Below, piece after piece: positions 8,188-18,704 of a DNA stretch of 35,856 nt. The DNA is taken from the NCBI GenBank assembly GCA_028280455.1, contig JANQLT010000035.1, positions 1-35,856 of the forward strand, given 5' to 3'. The first letter of the stretch is position 1; every line of letters begins with the position of its first letter. The position numbers were made by a program, and so were the translations under genes. The notes beneath the pieces are model-generated. The model saw only the letters and a program-made list of their open reading frames with translations. It was not told the origin of the DNA and ran no database searches. Source of the DNA: Kiloniellales bacterium (GTDB lineage Bacteria; Pseudomonadota; Alphaproteobacteria; Kiloniellales; JAKSDN01).

Positions 8188-9171
8188 TCACTCCAGGCCC
8201 GTGGTCAGCACCAGCTTGCCGGTGGAGCGCCGCTCCAGGAGGCTGCGCAGAGCCGTGCCGGCCTCGGCCAGGTCGAAGCGCGCCGAGACGTGGGGCTTCA
8301 GCTTGCCGGCCGAGAACCACTCGAGCAGCTCCTCGAACTGCGGCACCAGGCGCTGCGGGGCCTGGCTACGATAGGAGCCCCAATAGAAGCCGAGGGCCGC
8401 GAGGTTCTTGACCAGCAGGTAGTTGGCCGGGATCTGCGGCACCCGGCCGGCGGCGAAGCCGACCACGACCAGGCGCCCACTCCAGGCCGAGGCCCGCAGG
8501 GAGGCATCGAAGATGTCGCCGCCGACGGGGTCGAAGACGACGTCGACGCCGCGCCCGTCGGTCAGGGCCTTGACCTTGTCGCGCAGCCCCTCCTCGCGGG
8601 CGTTGATCAGATGGTCGGCGCCGTGGGCCTCCGCGACGGCCAGCTTCTCCGGCGAGCCGGCGGTGGCGATGACCTCGGCGCCGAGCGCCTTGCCGACCTC
8701 GACGGCGGCCAGGCCGACGCCGCCGGCCGCGCCGTGGACCAGCAGCCGCTCGCCCGGCTGCAGCGCGGCGCGCCAGACCAGCGAGCCGTGGGCCGTGCCG
8801 TAGGTGATGATGAAGCCGGCCGCGGTCGCCATGTCCATGCTGTCGGGCAGGACGAAGACGTCGGACTCGCGGGCGATCACCGCCTCGGCGAAGCCGCCGC
8901 GGTCGACCGCCGCCATGACCCGTTGCCCCTCGTAGAGCCGGGTGACGCCCGGCCCGACGGCGTCGATCCGGCCGGCGACCTCGAGCCCCGGCGTGAAGGG
9001 GAAGGAGGGCTTCTCCTGGTACTTGCCGGCGATCATCAGGCTGTCGGCGAAGTTGATGCCGGCCGCCGCCACGGCGACGCGGACCTCGCCGGCGGCCGGC
9101 GTCGGCGGCTCGACCTCTTCGAGGCCGAGCTGTTCCGGCTCGATCCAGTCGCGGCAGACGATGGCCCGCAT
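8188..9171 (-). CDS. NADPH:quinone oxidoreductase / zinc-type medium-chain dehydrogenase family
   Basis: MRAIVCRDWIEPEQLGLEEVEPPTPAAGEVRVAVAAAGINFADSLMIAGKYQ ... LVHGAAGGVGLAAVEVGKALGAEVIATAGSPEK is a canonical Qor/MDR pattern. Confidence 0.85.
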   Translation of the reverse strand: MRAIVCRDWIEPEQLGLEEVEPPTPAAGEVRVAVAAAGINFADSLMIAGKYQEKPSFPFTPGLEVAGRIDAVGPGVTRLYEGQRVMAAVDRGGFAEAVIARESDVFVLPDSMDMATAAGFIITYGTAHGSLVWRAALQPGERLLVHGAAGGVGLAAVEVGKALGAEVIATAGSPEKLAVAEAHGADHLINAREEGLRDKVKALTDGRGVDVVFDPVGGDIFDASLRASAWSGRLVVVGFAAGRVPQIPANYLLVKNLAALGFYWGSYRSQAPQRLVPQFEELLEWFSAGKLKPHVSARFDLAEAGTALRSLLERRSTGKLVLTTGLE

Positions 9172-9177
9172 GGTCGA

Positions 9178-10245
9178 TCAGCCGTCCTTGGCCGGCCGCA
9201 GGCTGCCGACCTTTTGCCCGGCCCGGTTCGTCACCGGCGGCTCGAACAGGCGCTCCAGCGCGGCAAGGGTCTTGCTGTCCAGCAGCCCCAGATCGCGCAG
9301 CAGGTTGGCGGCGGCGACCTCGGCGGCGCGGGTCGCGCCGTCCTCGACCTTCAGCGCCAGGCCGAGGCCGGCCTCCGGCAAGGCGATGCAGAACACGCCC
9401 TCGGCGCCGGTCTTGGCCAGCACGCGGCCGTCACTGGCCGCGATCACGGCGCTGCAGAAGCGGCCGCTGCCGGCGACCATGAAGGGCTCGGCGGCCATGG
9501 CAGCGCGCACCCGGGCACAGGCCGCCTGGCGCGCCTCCGGCTGATCCTGCGGATCGGCGAAGCGCGCCATGGCCAGGGCCAGGTTGCCCAGGGGCGCCGC
9601 GATCACCGGAATGCCGCAGCCGTCGATGCCGCGCGGCGCCGCGGACAGCGCCAGGCCGGTCATGCTCTCGAGGATGCCGAGCACCTGCTGCTGCACCGGA
9701 TGCTCGAGCCGGATATAGCCGGCCGTCGGTACCCCCAGGTGACGGGCGACGGAGAGGAAGCCGGTATGCTTGCCCGAGCAGTTGTTGTGGATGGCGCCGG
9801 CCACGGCACCCGCCTCGAAGAGCGCCTTGACGTCCTGCTCGCGGCTCGGCAGCTGCGGTCCGCATTCGAGGTCCGCCGCCGAGCAGCCGATGCGCGCCAG
9901 CCAGGGCGCCACCGTCTCGACATGACGCGGCTCGCCGTTGTGGCTGGCGCAGGCCAGGGCGATCTCGGCATCGCCCAGGCCGAAAGCCTCGGCCGCGCCG
10001 CTCTCGACCAGGGCCAGGGCCTGGATCGGCTTGATCGCCGAGCGGCCGTAGATCTGCTGCTCGGGGTCGCCGGCGTGCCGCAACACCCGGCCCTCGCCGT
10101 CGACCAGGGCGTAGCGCACGCGGTGCCGGCTCTCGACCATGGCGCCGCGCGTCACCTCGATCACCAAGGGATCGGGCGCGCCGCTCGGCGACACCTTGGT
10201 CTTCGGAGTGCTTGCGAGAGGCTGGAGGGAAACGCCGCTGGACAT
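9178..10245 (-). CDS. asparaginase II family protein (PF06089-like)
   Basis: From the ATG at 10245: MSSGVSLQPLASTPKTKVSPSGAPDPLVIEVTRGAMVESRHRVRYALVDGEGRVLRHAGDPEQQIYGRSAIKPIQALALVESGA ... ACASHNGEPRHVETV ... NNCSGKHTGFL. These are typical of the thermolabile L-asparaginase II family. Confidence 0.75.
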   Translation of the reverse strand: MSSGVSLQPLASTPKTKVSPSGAPDPLVIEVTRGAMVESRHRVRYALVDGEGRVLRHAGDPEQQIYGRSAIKPIQALALVESGAAEAFGLGDAEIALACASHNGEPRHVETVAPWLARIGCSAADLECGPQLPSREQDVKALFEAGAVAGAIHNNCSGKHTGFLSVARHLGVPTAGYIRLEHPVQQQVLGILESMTGLALSAAPRGIDGCGIPVIAAPLGNLALAMARFADPQDQPEARQAACARVRAAMAAEPFMVAGSGRFCSAVIAASDGRVLAKTGAEGVFCIALPEAGLGLALKVEDGATRAAEVAAANLLRDLGLLDSKTLAALERLFEPPVTNRAGQKVGSLRPAKDG

Positions 10246-10341
10246 GGTCCGGAGATCTCGTTGGGGCTCGGCGGCGCGCGCCGTCCGCGCCGGCGGCTCG
10301 CACCTTGCCTCGGCCCCAGGCGGCGTGCAAGTTGTCGGGCC

Positions 10342-10875
10342 ATGCGCGGCTACTTCGCCATCGGCGCCGAAGGCATCAGCAAGCCCCTGAACCTCGGCAA
10401 TCTCCTGCGCTCGGCCCATGCCTTCGGGGCGAGCTTCTTCTTCACCATCGCCCCCGACTTCGACACCAAGGCGGCCCAGGCTTCGGATACCTCCGATGCG
10501 GTCAAGCACCTGCCGCTCTACAGCTACGGGTCCGCCCCGGCGCTGATGCTGCCCAAGGGCTGCAAGCTGGTCGGCATCGAGTTCGACGAGTCCGCGGTCG
10601 ACCTGCCGAGCTTCCGACACCCCACCGCCGCCGCCTATGTCCTTGGGCCGGAGCGCGGCGAGCTCTCGCCCGAGTTGCTGTCGCGCTGCGATCATCTGGT
10701 CAAGATCCCGACGCGCTTCTGCATCAACGTCGGCGTCGCCGGGGCGATCGTGATGTACGACCGGATGCTGGCGATGGGGCGTTTCGCGCGTCGCCCGGTG
10801 AACCCCCGCGCCCGGCCGGAAAGCCAGCCCGAACACGTCCGCGGCGCCCAGATTCGCCGCCGCCCGCGGGCCTGA
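10342..10875 (+). CDS. TrmH/SpoU family RNA methyltransferase
   Basis: MRGYFAIGAEGISKPLNLGNLLRSAHAFGASFFFTIAP ... AAYVLGPERGELSPELLSRCDHLVKIPTRFCINVGVAGAIVMYDR shows the SPOUT-fold motifs. Confidence 0.75.
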   Translation: MRGYFAIGAEGISKPLNLGNLLRSAHAFGASFFFTIAPDFDTKAAQASDTSDAVKHLPLYSYGSAPALMLPKGCKLVGIEFDESAVDLPSFRHPTAAAYVLGPERGELSPELLSRCDHLVKIPTRFCINVGVAGAIVMYDRMLAMGRFARRPVNPRARPESQPEHVRGAQIRRRPRA

Positions 10876-11061
10876 GCGCGGCCACTCCCGGAAAGCGGGC
10901 ATTCTGCCTCAGGTTGCCTTGAAATTGCCGCGAGTCGGTGGCAAACGATGCCGGTTCGTCGGCTCCGCGCGCGGCCCCGGCCCCCGGAGGTGGGGGTGGT
11001 CGTGGTCAAAATGCGGCGCGAGGCCGGCAGCGGGCTGACGTGAGCGGGCGGCGAAACTAGA

Positions 11062-11592
11062 ATGGCGACCATGATGACACAGCGTTTCCTCCTCAAGACC
11101 GGCCTCGCCGTTTTCGGCCTCATGCTGGCCTGGACCGGCAGCGCCTTCGGCCAAGCCTTCGAGCGCCTCGGCGACTTCAACGACTGGAGCGCCTTCCGCT
11201 TCACGGAGAACGGCTCCAAGGCCTGCTTCATGGCCAGCCAGCCGACCAAGCACGAAGGCAACTACACGGAACGCGGCGACATCTACGCCCTGGTCACCCA
11301 CTGGCCGGCCGACAAGACCCGTGACGAGGTCAGCATCGTCATCGGCTACAAGTTCAAGGACGAGAGCTTCGTCGACCTCTCGATCGGCGGTCAGAAGTTC
11401 AAGCTCTTCACCCGCGACGACGTCGCCTGGACGCCGAACGCCAACGAGGACGGCCGCCTGGTCAAGGCTATGATCAAGGGCGCCAAGATGGTCGTCAAAG
11501 GCACCTCCTGGCGCGGCACCAGGACCACCGACACCTATTCCCTCAAGGGCTTCACGGCCGCCTACAACAAGATCAACGAGACCTGCCGCTGA
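11062..11592 (+). CDS. invasion-associated locus B (IalB) family periplasmic protein
   Basis: Signal peptide, then GDFNDWSAFRFTENGSKACFMAS ... SWRGTRTTDTYSLKGFTAAYNKINETC, with the characteristic conserved Cys pair and size (~175 aa). Confidence 0.75.
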   Translation: MATMMTQRFLLKTGLAVFGLMLAWTGSAFGQAFERLGDFNDWSAFRFTENGSKACFMASQPTKHEGNYTERGDIYALVTHWPADKTRDEVSIVIGYKFKDESFVDLSIGGQKFKLFTRDDVAWTPNANEDGRLVKAMIKGAKMVVKGTSWRGTRTTDTYSLKGFTAAYNKINETCR

Positions 11593-11622
11593 TCGCGCCG
11601 CGCCGCCGGCGCAGGCCGCCGG

Positions 11623-12060
11623 TCAGGCCGAGACCAGGGGATTGCGCACCTGCAAGCTCGGGAAGCGGCTGAAGTCCCGGTCCGCGCTCAGCATTTCTCG
11701 CACGCCGTTCGCCAAACAGATCGCCGCGATGCGCGCGTCGTGGACGCGCGGGCCGCGAACGCCGGCCTTGGCGACGAGCCCCTTGATGCGGTCCCAGTGA
11801 TCGGCCGACTCCGATAGCAGCACCAGGCTCGGCGAGGCCAGCCAGGCATCGACCTGGTCCAGCGCGACGGCGATCTCGCTCGGCGGCCGGTAGATCCTCG
11901 GGTGCGTGACGATCGCCAGGAACTCGTGAAGACAGGGCCAGGGGATCGCCCAGGCCGAGCGCCCCTCGGCGAGCGCCTTGACGGTCGCCGCCGCGGCTGC
12001 ATGCCATTCGGAGTCGCCGCGGTGGGCATAGACCAGCAGGTTGGTGTCGACGGCGATCAT
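11623..12060 (-). CDS. vapC: PIN-domain ribonuclease toxin (VapC)
   Basis: MIAVDTNLLVYAHRGDSEWH ... LSADRDFSRF carries the PIN acidic residues (D in VDTN, E, D in ADRDF). It lies directly downstream of a small antitoxin-like ORF. Confidence 0.8.
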   Translation of the reverse strand: MIAVDTNLLVYAHRGDSEWHAAAAATVKALAEGRSAWAIPWPCLHEFLAIVTHPRIYRPPSEIAVALDQVDAWLASPSLVLLSESADHWDRIKGLVAKAGVRGPRVHDARIAAICLANGVREMLSADRDFSRFPSLQVRNPLVSA

Positions 12061-12108
12061 CGGCGGCGACTACGGGCGGCGATCAAAGTTGCCGGTCCCG
12101 ACTATCGG

Positions 12109-12354
12109 TCACCCGCCGCGGCCGTCGTAGGAGGCGTCGCGGATCCGCTGCCAGTCGCCGTCCTCGAAGCCCGGCTGCAGGCCCTGTCCCGTGAAGCAAG
12201 CATCGCGGAGAACGAAGGGCGTCGTCTTCCCCGCTTGCGCCAGTACGCCGCGCAGGCCCCTTTCGATCAGCGCCCGCAGGGTCGTCTTCTCCCGCTTCGC
12301 CAGGGCCTTGGCGTCCTGCAGCAGCGACTCCGAGATTTCCACGGTCGTCTTCAT
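12109..12354 (-). CDS. vapB: VapB-type antitoxin (82 aa)
   Basis: From the ATG at 12354: MKTTVEISESLLQDAKALAKREKTTLRALIERGLRGVLAQ... It is small and charged, and sits 48 nt upstream of the PIN gene on the same strand. Confidence 0.65.
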   Translation of the reverse strand: MKTTVEISESLLQDAKALAKREKTTLRALIERGLRGVLAQAGKTTPFVLRDACFTGQGLQPGFEDGDWQRIRDASYDGRGG

Positions 12355-12463
12355 ATTGGCACCCATATTAGCAGAACTGTAGCCCCGTATCAATAGTAGC
12401 GGCCCCGACCTTCGGTTTTCGGGACTTTCGCAAACCACACGACCGTCTGTAGAAGGGTGAGCC

Positions 12464-12853
12464 ATGGCGCAGATCAAGATCTATGGGACGCGGGCCCACC
12501 TCGACCGGGTCAGGGACCGCCTGTCCGACATCATCCACGACGCGGCCATGGCGGTGCTCGGGCTGCCGGAGGACAAGCGCTTCCACCGCTTCATCGCCCT
12601 CGAGCCGGCCGACTTCAGGCACCCCGCCGACCGCGGGCCGGGCTACACCATCATCGAGATCTCGATGTTCGAGGGACGCAGCGCCGAGACCAAGAAGGCC
12701 CTGCTGCATCGCCTGATGGCCGAGATCGCGGCCGGCCTCGGTCTCCCGCCCAACGATATCGAGATCACCATCGCCGAGACGCCGCGGGCGAACTGGGGCA
12801 TTTGGGGCCGGACCGGGGACGAGCTGGAGCTGAGCTACAAGGTCGAGACCTGA
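12464..12853 (+). CDS. tautomerase-superfamily protein (~129 aa, two beta-alpha-beta units)
   Basis: MAQIKIYGTRAHLDRVRDRLSDIIHDAAMAVLGLPEDKRFHRF ... YTIIEISMFEGRSAETKKALLHRLMAEIAAGLGLPPNDIEITIAETPRANWGIWGRTGDE follows the pattern of the 130-aa putative oxalocrotonate tautomerase family. Confidence 0.6.
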   Translation: MAQIKIYGTRAHLDRVRDRLSDIIHDAAMAVLGLPEDKRFHRFIALEPADFRHPADRGPGYTIIEISMFEGRSAETKKALLHRLMAEIAAGLGLPPNDIEITIAETPRANWGIWGRTGDELELSYKVET

Positions 12854-12901
12854 GCGGACCGCCGCCTGCCGCATGAAAGCCATGCGCCCGGCGCCCTGGC
12901 C

Positions 12902-12975
12902 GGGGCCTACAGACCACTGCTAGAGAAGGGGGTTCGACCGCCCGAGCGGCGGCCGCCAGCAGTGGTATCGGCCCC
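12902..12975. repeat. 74-nt rod-like hairpin element in the tautomerase-MFS intergenic region
   Basis: GGGGCC (12902-12907) pairs with GGCCCC (12970-12975). accactgct pairs with agcagtggt inside. The GC-rich core includes GGTTCGA. Confidence 0.5.
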
Positions 12976-12983
12976 AGTCCACC

Positions 12984-14231
12984 GTGAAAAGTCCGCCCGC
13001 GAAGACCAAGGACCTCCTGGAGCCACCCGCCATCGACGGCGCCTGGTCGCGCCTCGCCGCCAGCCTGCTGCTGGCGGTTCTCGGCGGGGTCGGGCTCTGG
13101 TCCAGCGTGGTGGTGCTGCCGACCATCGAGGCCGAGTTCGGCATCGATCGCGGCGGTGCCTCGATTCCCTACACGGCGACCATGGTCGGCTTCGCCGTCG
13201 GCGGCGTGCTGATGGGCCGGCTCGCCGACCGCTTCGGCATCGTCGTGCCGCTGCTGCTCGGCGCCCTGATGCTCGGCCTGGGCTACATCGCCGCCTCGCA
13301 GGCCGCCAGCTACTGGCAGTTCGTGCTGGTCCAGGCGCTGCTGATCGGCATGCTCGGCAGCTCGGCGACCTTCGGGCCTCTGGTCGCCGACATCTCCCAC
13401 TGGTTCCTGCGCCGCCGCGGCATCGCCATCGCCATCGTCGCCAGCGGCAACTATCTCTCCGGCGCGCTCTGGCCGCCGCTGCTGCAGTACGGCATCGAGA
13501 CCGTGGGCTGGCGCCAGACCCACCTGGCGGTGGGCGTCTTCTGCCTCCTGGTCATGCTGCCCTTGTCGCTGCTGCTGCGCCGGCCCTCGCCGGTGGACGG
13601 CGGCGACGCGCCGGTCAGCGCCCACGCCACGCCGACCGCCATGCCGCTCTCGCCGGGCGCCTTCCAGGCGCTGCTGGCCTTTGCCGGCATCGCCTGCTGC
13701 GTGGCCATGACCATGCCGCAGGTCCACATCGTCGCCTACTGCGCGGATCTCGGCTACGGCCCGGCCCGGGGCGCCGAGATGCTCTCGCTGATGCTGATCC
13801 TCGGGGTGGTGAGCCGCCTGGTCTCCGGCGTCATCGCCGACAAGATCGGCGGCCTCGGCACGCTGCTCCTGGGCTCCAGCCTGCAGGCCCTGGCCCTGGT
13901 CTTCTACCTGCCCTTCGACGGCCTGGTCTCGCTCTACGTCGTCTCGGCGATCTTCGGCCTGTCCCAAGGCGGCATCGTGCCGAGCTACGCGCTGATCGTG
14001 CGCGAGTACTTCCCGGCCCGCGAGGCCGGCTCCCGCGTCAGCCTGGTGCTGATGGCCACGGTCGCGGGCATGGCGCTCGGCGGCTGGCTGTCCGGCGAGA
14101 TCTACGACCTGACGGGCTCCTACCAGGCGGCCTTCCTCAACGGCATCGCCTGGAACCTGGTCAACATGGCCATCGCCTTCTGGCTGCTGATGGGCCGGAT
14201 GCGGCCGCAGGCCCGGGCGCAAGCCCCCTGA
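12984..14231 (+). CDS. MFS transporter (oxalate/formate antiporter-like)
   Basis: The product has ~12 predicted TM helices and MFS motifs (GRLADRFGIVVPLLLGALMLGLGYI, LLQYGIETVGWRQTHL). The apparent start is a GTG at 12984. Confidence 0.8.
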   Translation: MKSPPAKTKDLLEPPAIDGAWSRLAASLLLAVLGGVGLWSSVVVLPTIEAEFGIDRGGASIPYTATMVGFAVGGVLMGRLADRFGIVVPLLLGALMLGLGYIAASQAASYWQFVLVQALLIGMLGSSATFGPLVADISHWFLRRRGIAIAIVASGNYLSGALWPPLLQYGIETVGWRQTHLAVGVFCLLVMLPLSLLLRRPSPVDGGDAPVSAHATPTAMPLSPGAFQALLAFAGIACCVAMTMPQVHIVAYCADLGYGPARGAEMLSLMLILGVVSRLVSGVIADKIGGLGTLLLGSSLQALALVFYLPFDGLVSLYVVSAIFGLSQGGIVPSYALIVREYFPAREAGSRVSLVLMATVAGMALGGWLSGEIYDLTGSYQAAFLNGIAWNLVNMAIAFWLLMGRMRPQARAQAP

Positions 14232-14274
14232 CGGCCGGCTTGCCGGGACGGGCCGGCGGGACTAGGTAGATCCC

Positions 14275-15417
<1,143 letters not shown>

Positions 15418-15436
15418 CGTCGGCGCAACCTCGCCT

Positions 15437-16462
15437 CTAGACTCGGTCGTCCAGCGCCAGATCCGCCTCGATCATCAGCGTCTCCGGATCCGGCAGGTCG
15501 GCGCGCAAGAGGCGGCCGATGTCCAAGCCGATCGCCTTGTTGCCCTCGAGCGGACGGAAGGGCAGGGGCCGTCCCGCGGTCGCGAGCAAGCGGCGGAAGG
15601 CCTCCACCCGCTTCCAGCGCTCATTCCGCTTTCTCATGTAGAGCTCGTTGATGCGGCTGCCGTGCTTGCGCAGCCATATGCAGGCGGCGGCCGTGACGTG
15701 GACCGTCGAATAGGTCGTGCCGTCGCCGAATTGATCTCGGGGCGGCTCCTGCACGACGTTGGCCCGCCGGATGGGCTTTCCCGGCGCCCAGACCGAGACA
15801 CGGCCATAGCGATTGTATTTGTAGTAGGGCTTGAACCTGGGCCGCCGCCGCCCGGTCTTCTCGATGCCGGCAACGCCGATGGTTCGGCGGTGCTTTCCGG
15901 GATAGCTGACCCGGTTGATCTCCTGCCCGGCCGCCGCAACGACGATGACGCCGCTCTCGTAAGCCAGATCGACCGCCTTGCCCATGTCCGCTTCGTCGAG
16001 CAATGGAAAGCCGAGGCTGATGTTGATGACCGGCGCGAGCCTGTTCTCGACGACATGCGTGATGGCGCGGCCGATGGCGCGATTGACATCGCTGGTCACG
16101 AGGCTCGAGTCGGTGACCCGAAAGGGGATCAGCGGCAGGCCGGGGGCGATGCCGACGACGCCGGCGCCGTCGGCGGAGAGGGCGCTTCCCGATCGGGTGC
16201 CGTGGCCCGGCGGCATGAAGCCGACATCGTTCAGCGGGTCGAGCGGGCTCTGCCGTCTCGGCTGCAGAAAGTCCCGGCCCAGCTCGGCGCGGACGATGGC
16301 ATTGCGGCCGTTCCGCCAGCGCCCGAAGGCCGGGTTCTCGGTATAGCCCGTGTCCAGGTGGGCGACCTTCACGTTGCCCCAATCGACCTTGCCATTGGCC
16401 CGCTTGGGAAGTTGCGCCAGGGAATCGGGCTGCTTGATGTGAACGAGGTTCCAATCCGGCAT
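15437..16462 (-). CDS. S8 (subtilisin-like) family serine peptidase, no signal peptide
   Basis: From the ATG at 16462 with RBS gaggagggaaccATG: MPDWNLVHIKQ... Asp and His motifs are present (VAHLDTGY; GHGTRSGS). The Ser region (GDGTTYSTVHVTAAACIW) is non-canonical. GC looks lower than the neighbours by eye. Confidence 0.75.
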   Translation of the reverse strand: MPDWNLVHIKQPDSLAQLPKRANGKVDWGNVKVAHLDTGYTENPAFGRWRNGRNAIVRAELGRDFLQPRRQSPLDPLNDVGFMPPGHGTRSGSALSADGAGVVGIAPGLPLIPFRVTDSSLVTSDVNRAIGRAITHVVENRLAPVINISLGFPLLDEADMGKAVDLAYESGVIVVAAAGQEINRVSYPGKHRRTIGVAGIEKTGRRRPRFKPYYKYNRYGRVSVWAPGKPIRRANVVQEPPRDQFGDGTTYSTVHVTAAACIWLRKHGSRINELYMRKRNERWKRVEAFRRLLATAGRPLPFRPLEGNKAIGLDIGRLLRADLPDPETLMIEADLALDDRV

Positions 16463-16594
16463 GGTTCCCTCCTCTATTGAGGTGGACAGCATACAGGACC
16501 CGGGAACACTTATCGGCGATTTCTCTTTCAATTCTTCTTGCATGAATTGCCGTCGAAAAGCCGCGACGCCGGGACCTAGGGGCCGCCGCATCGC

Positions 16595-16621
16595 TTGCCG
16601 GCCGGCCGGCGAAGCCTATAC
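16595..16621 (+). promoter_or_regulatory. putative argG promoter (TTGCCG-N13-GCCTATAC)
   Basis: TTGCCG at 16595-16600 and GCCTATAC at 16614-16621 lie ~40 nt upstream of the argG ATG. The architecture matches the candidate at 2370-2396. This is a motif match only. Confidence 0.2.
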
Positions 16622-16663
16622 TCCGCGCGGTTTTCAGCGGGTTTTCGGCGGCGGGGTTGGGTC

Positions 16664-17865
<1,202 letters not shown>

Positions 17866-17872
<7 letters not shown>

Positions 17873-17895
17873 GATCAATCGATTGATCTTAACCG
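17866..17895. other. 30-bp perfect AT-rich palindrome overlapping the argG stop codon
   Basis: CGGTTAAGATCAATCGATTGATCTTAACCG is its own reverse complement. It contains two GATC sites and a central ATCGAT. A second small hairpin (gataga-ccttta-tctatc) follows at 17898-17915. Confidence 0.7.
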
Positions 17896-17942
17896 GCGAT
17901 AGACCTTTATCTATCTGATATTACTAAGTATTCCAGGCCCCA

Positions 17943-18644
17943 CTAAGCCGGCAGGGCGCTGACGCCGAAGAGCCAGCCGTGGAAGTGCAGCAGGGCGGCG
18001 TAGAGCACCAGGGCCAGGGCGACCCGCCAGAGGCCGATGCCCGGCCAGTCGAAGCTGGTGCGCCCGCTCAGGATCGCCGCGAAGGGCACCAGGCTGGTGG
18101 TCAGGGCGAAGGGGCCCCAGGCGGCCTCCATCATGGACTCGCGGCGGCTGTCGATGTGCAGCATGCCGCCGACCGAGAGCACCAGGATGCCGCCCATCAT
18201 CACCAGGCTGGCGGCGTCGCCGTTGACGCTCAGGTGGCTGAAGGCCCAGAGCGCGACGCCCCAGAGAAAGGGGTGGCGGGTGACCCTGAGGATGCCCGGG
18301 CTGAGGTCGTGGACCTCCTCGGTCAGCACCCGGTCGCCGCCGACCGCGGTCGGGCTCTGGGTCGTCAGGCCGGTGACGACCAGGAACAGGGCGATGGGCA
18401 TCAGCACGGCCGGCAGCCAATGCAGCGCCGCCGGCGGCAGCCAGACCTCGGCGATGGGCGCCGCGCCGTAGGCGTAGAGCATCCAGACGAAGGAGGCACC
18501 GGCCACCGCCGCATAGAGGATGCGGAATCCGCCCTCGCCGAGCCGCCGGGCCAGCATTTTGCGCACCGGCAGACTGGAGAGGAAAAAATGGCCGCCGACG
18601 AAGACGACCACCGCAAAGAACAGATCGTTCAAGCTTCCGATCAT
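17943..18644 (-). CDS. NnrU family membrane protein
   Basis: From the ATG at 18644: MIGSLNDLFFAVVVFVGGHFFLSS ... RVTRHPFLWGVALWAFSHLSVNGD is a multi-TM protein with the NnrU signature (THPxxWG ... HLxxNG). Confidence 0.7.
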   Translation of the reverse strand: MIGSLNDLFFAVVVFVGGHFFLSSLPVRKMLARRLGEGGFRILYAAVAGASFVWMLYAYGAAPIAEVWLPPAALHWLPAVLMPIALFLVVTGLTTQSPTAVGGDRVLTEEVHDLSPGILRVTRHPFLWGVALWAFSHLSVNGDAASLVMMGGILVLSVGGMLHIDSRRESMMEAAWGPFALTTSLVPFAAILSGRTSFDWPGIGLWRVALALVLYAALLHFHGWLFGVSALPA

Positions 18645-18704
18645 GGCGGCGCCATGATCGCAGCGGCTCCGCGCGCCGTCTAGCGCCGAGCCCGCTTTCA
18701 GGTC

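Noticed and set aside
8290-10875. Very long + strand ORF (861 aa) and similar long antisense ORFs elsewhere (e.g. 3993-5603 minus, 23790-27212 plus, 1015-2301 plus)
   Set aside because: Their translations are Arg/Gly/Ala/Pro-rich and of low complexity. They lie antisense to genes with clear family signatures. Such shadow ORFs are the expected consequence of high GC and low stop-codon frequency.
12357-12373. Sigma-54-like TGGCAC-N-TTAGC motif just upstream of the vapB start
   Set aside because: GG-to-GC spacing is one nt longer than the -24/-12 consensus and the -12 element is TTAGC instead of TTGCA/T. No cognate enhancer-binding protein gene is nearby. Probably a chance match.
12902-12975. 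Possible tRNA gene (74 nt, terminal 6-bp stem, GGTTCGA motif)
   Set aside because: The T-loop-like motif is in the 5' half. No D-arm/anticodon/T-arm cloverleaf can be drawn and there is no discriminator/CCA context. It folds as a simple rod hairpin instead.
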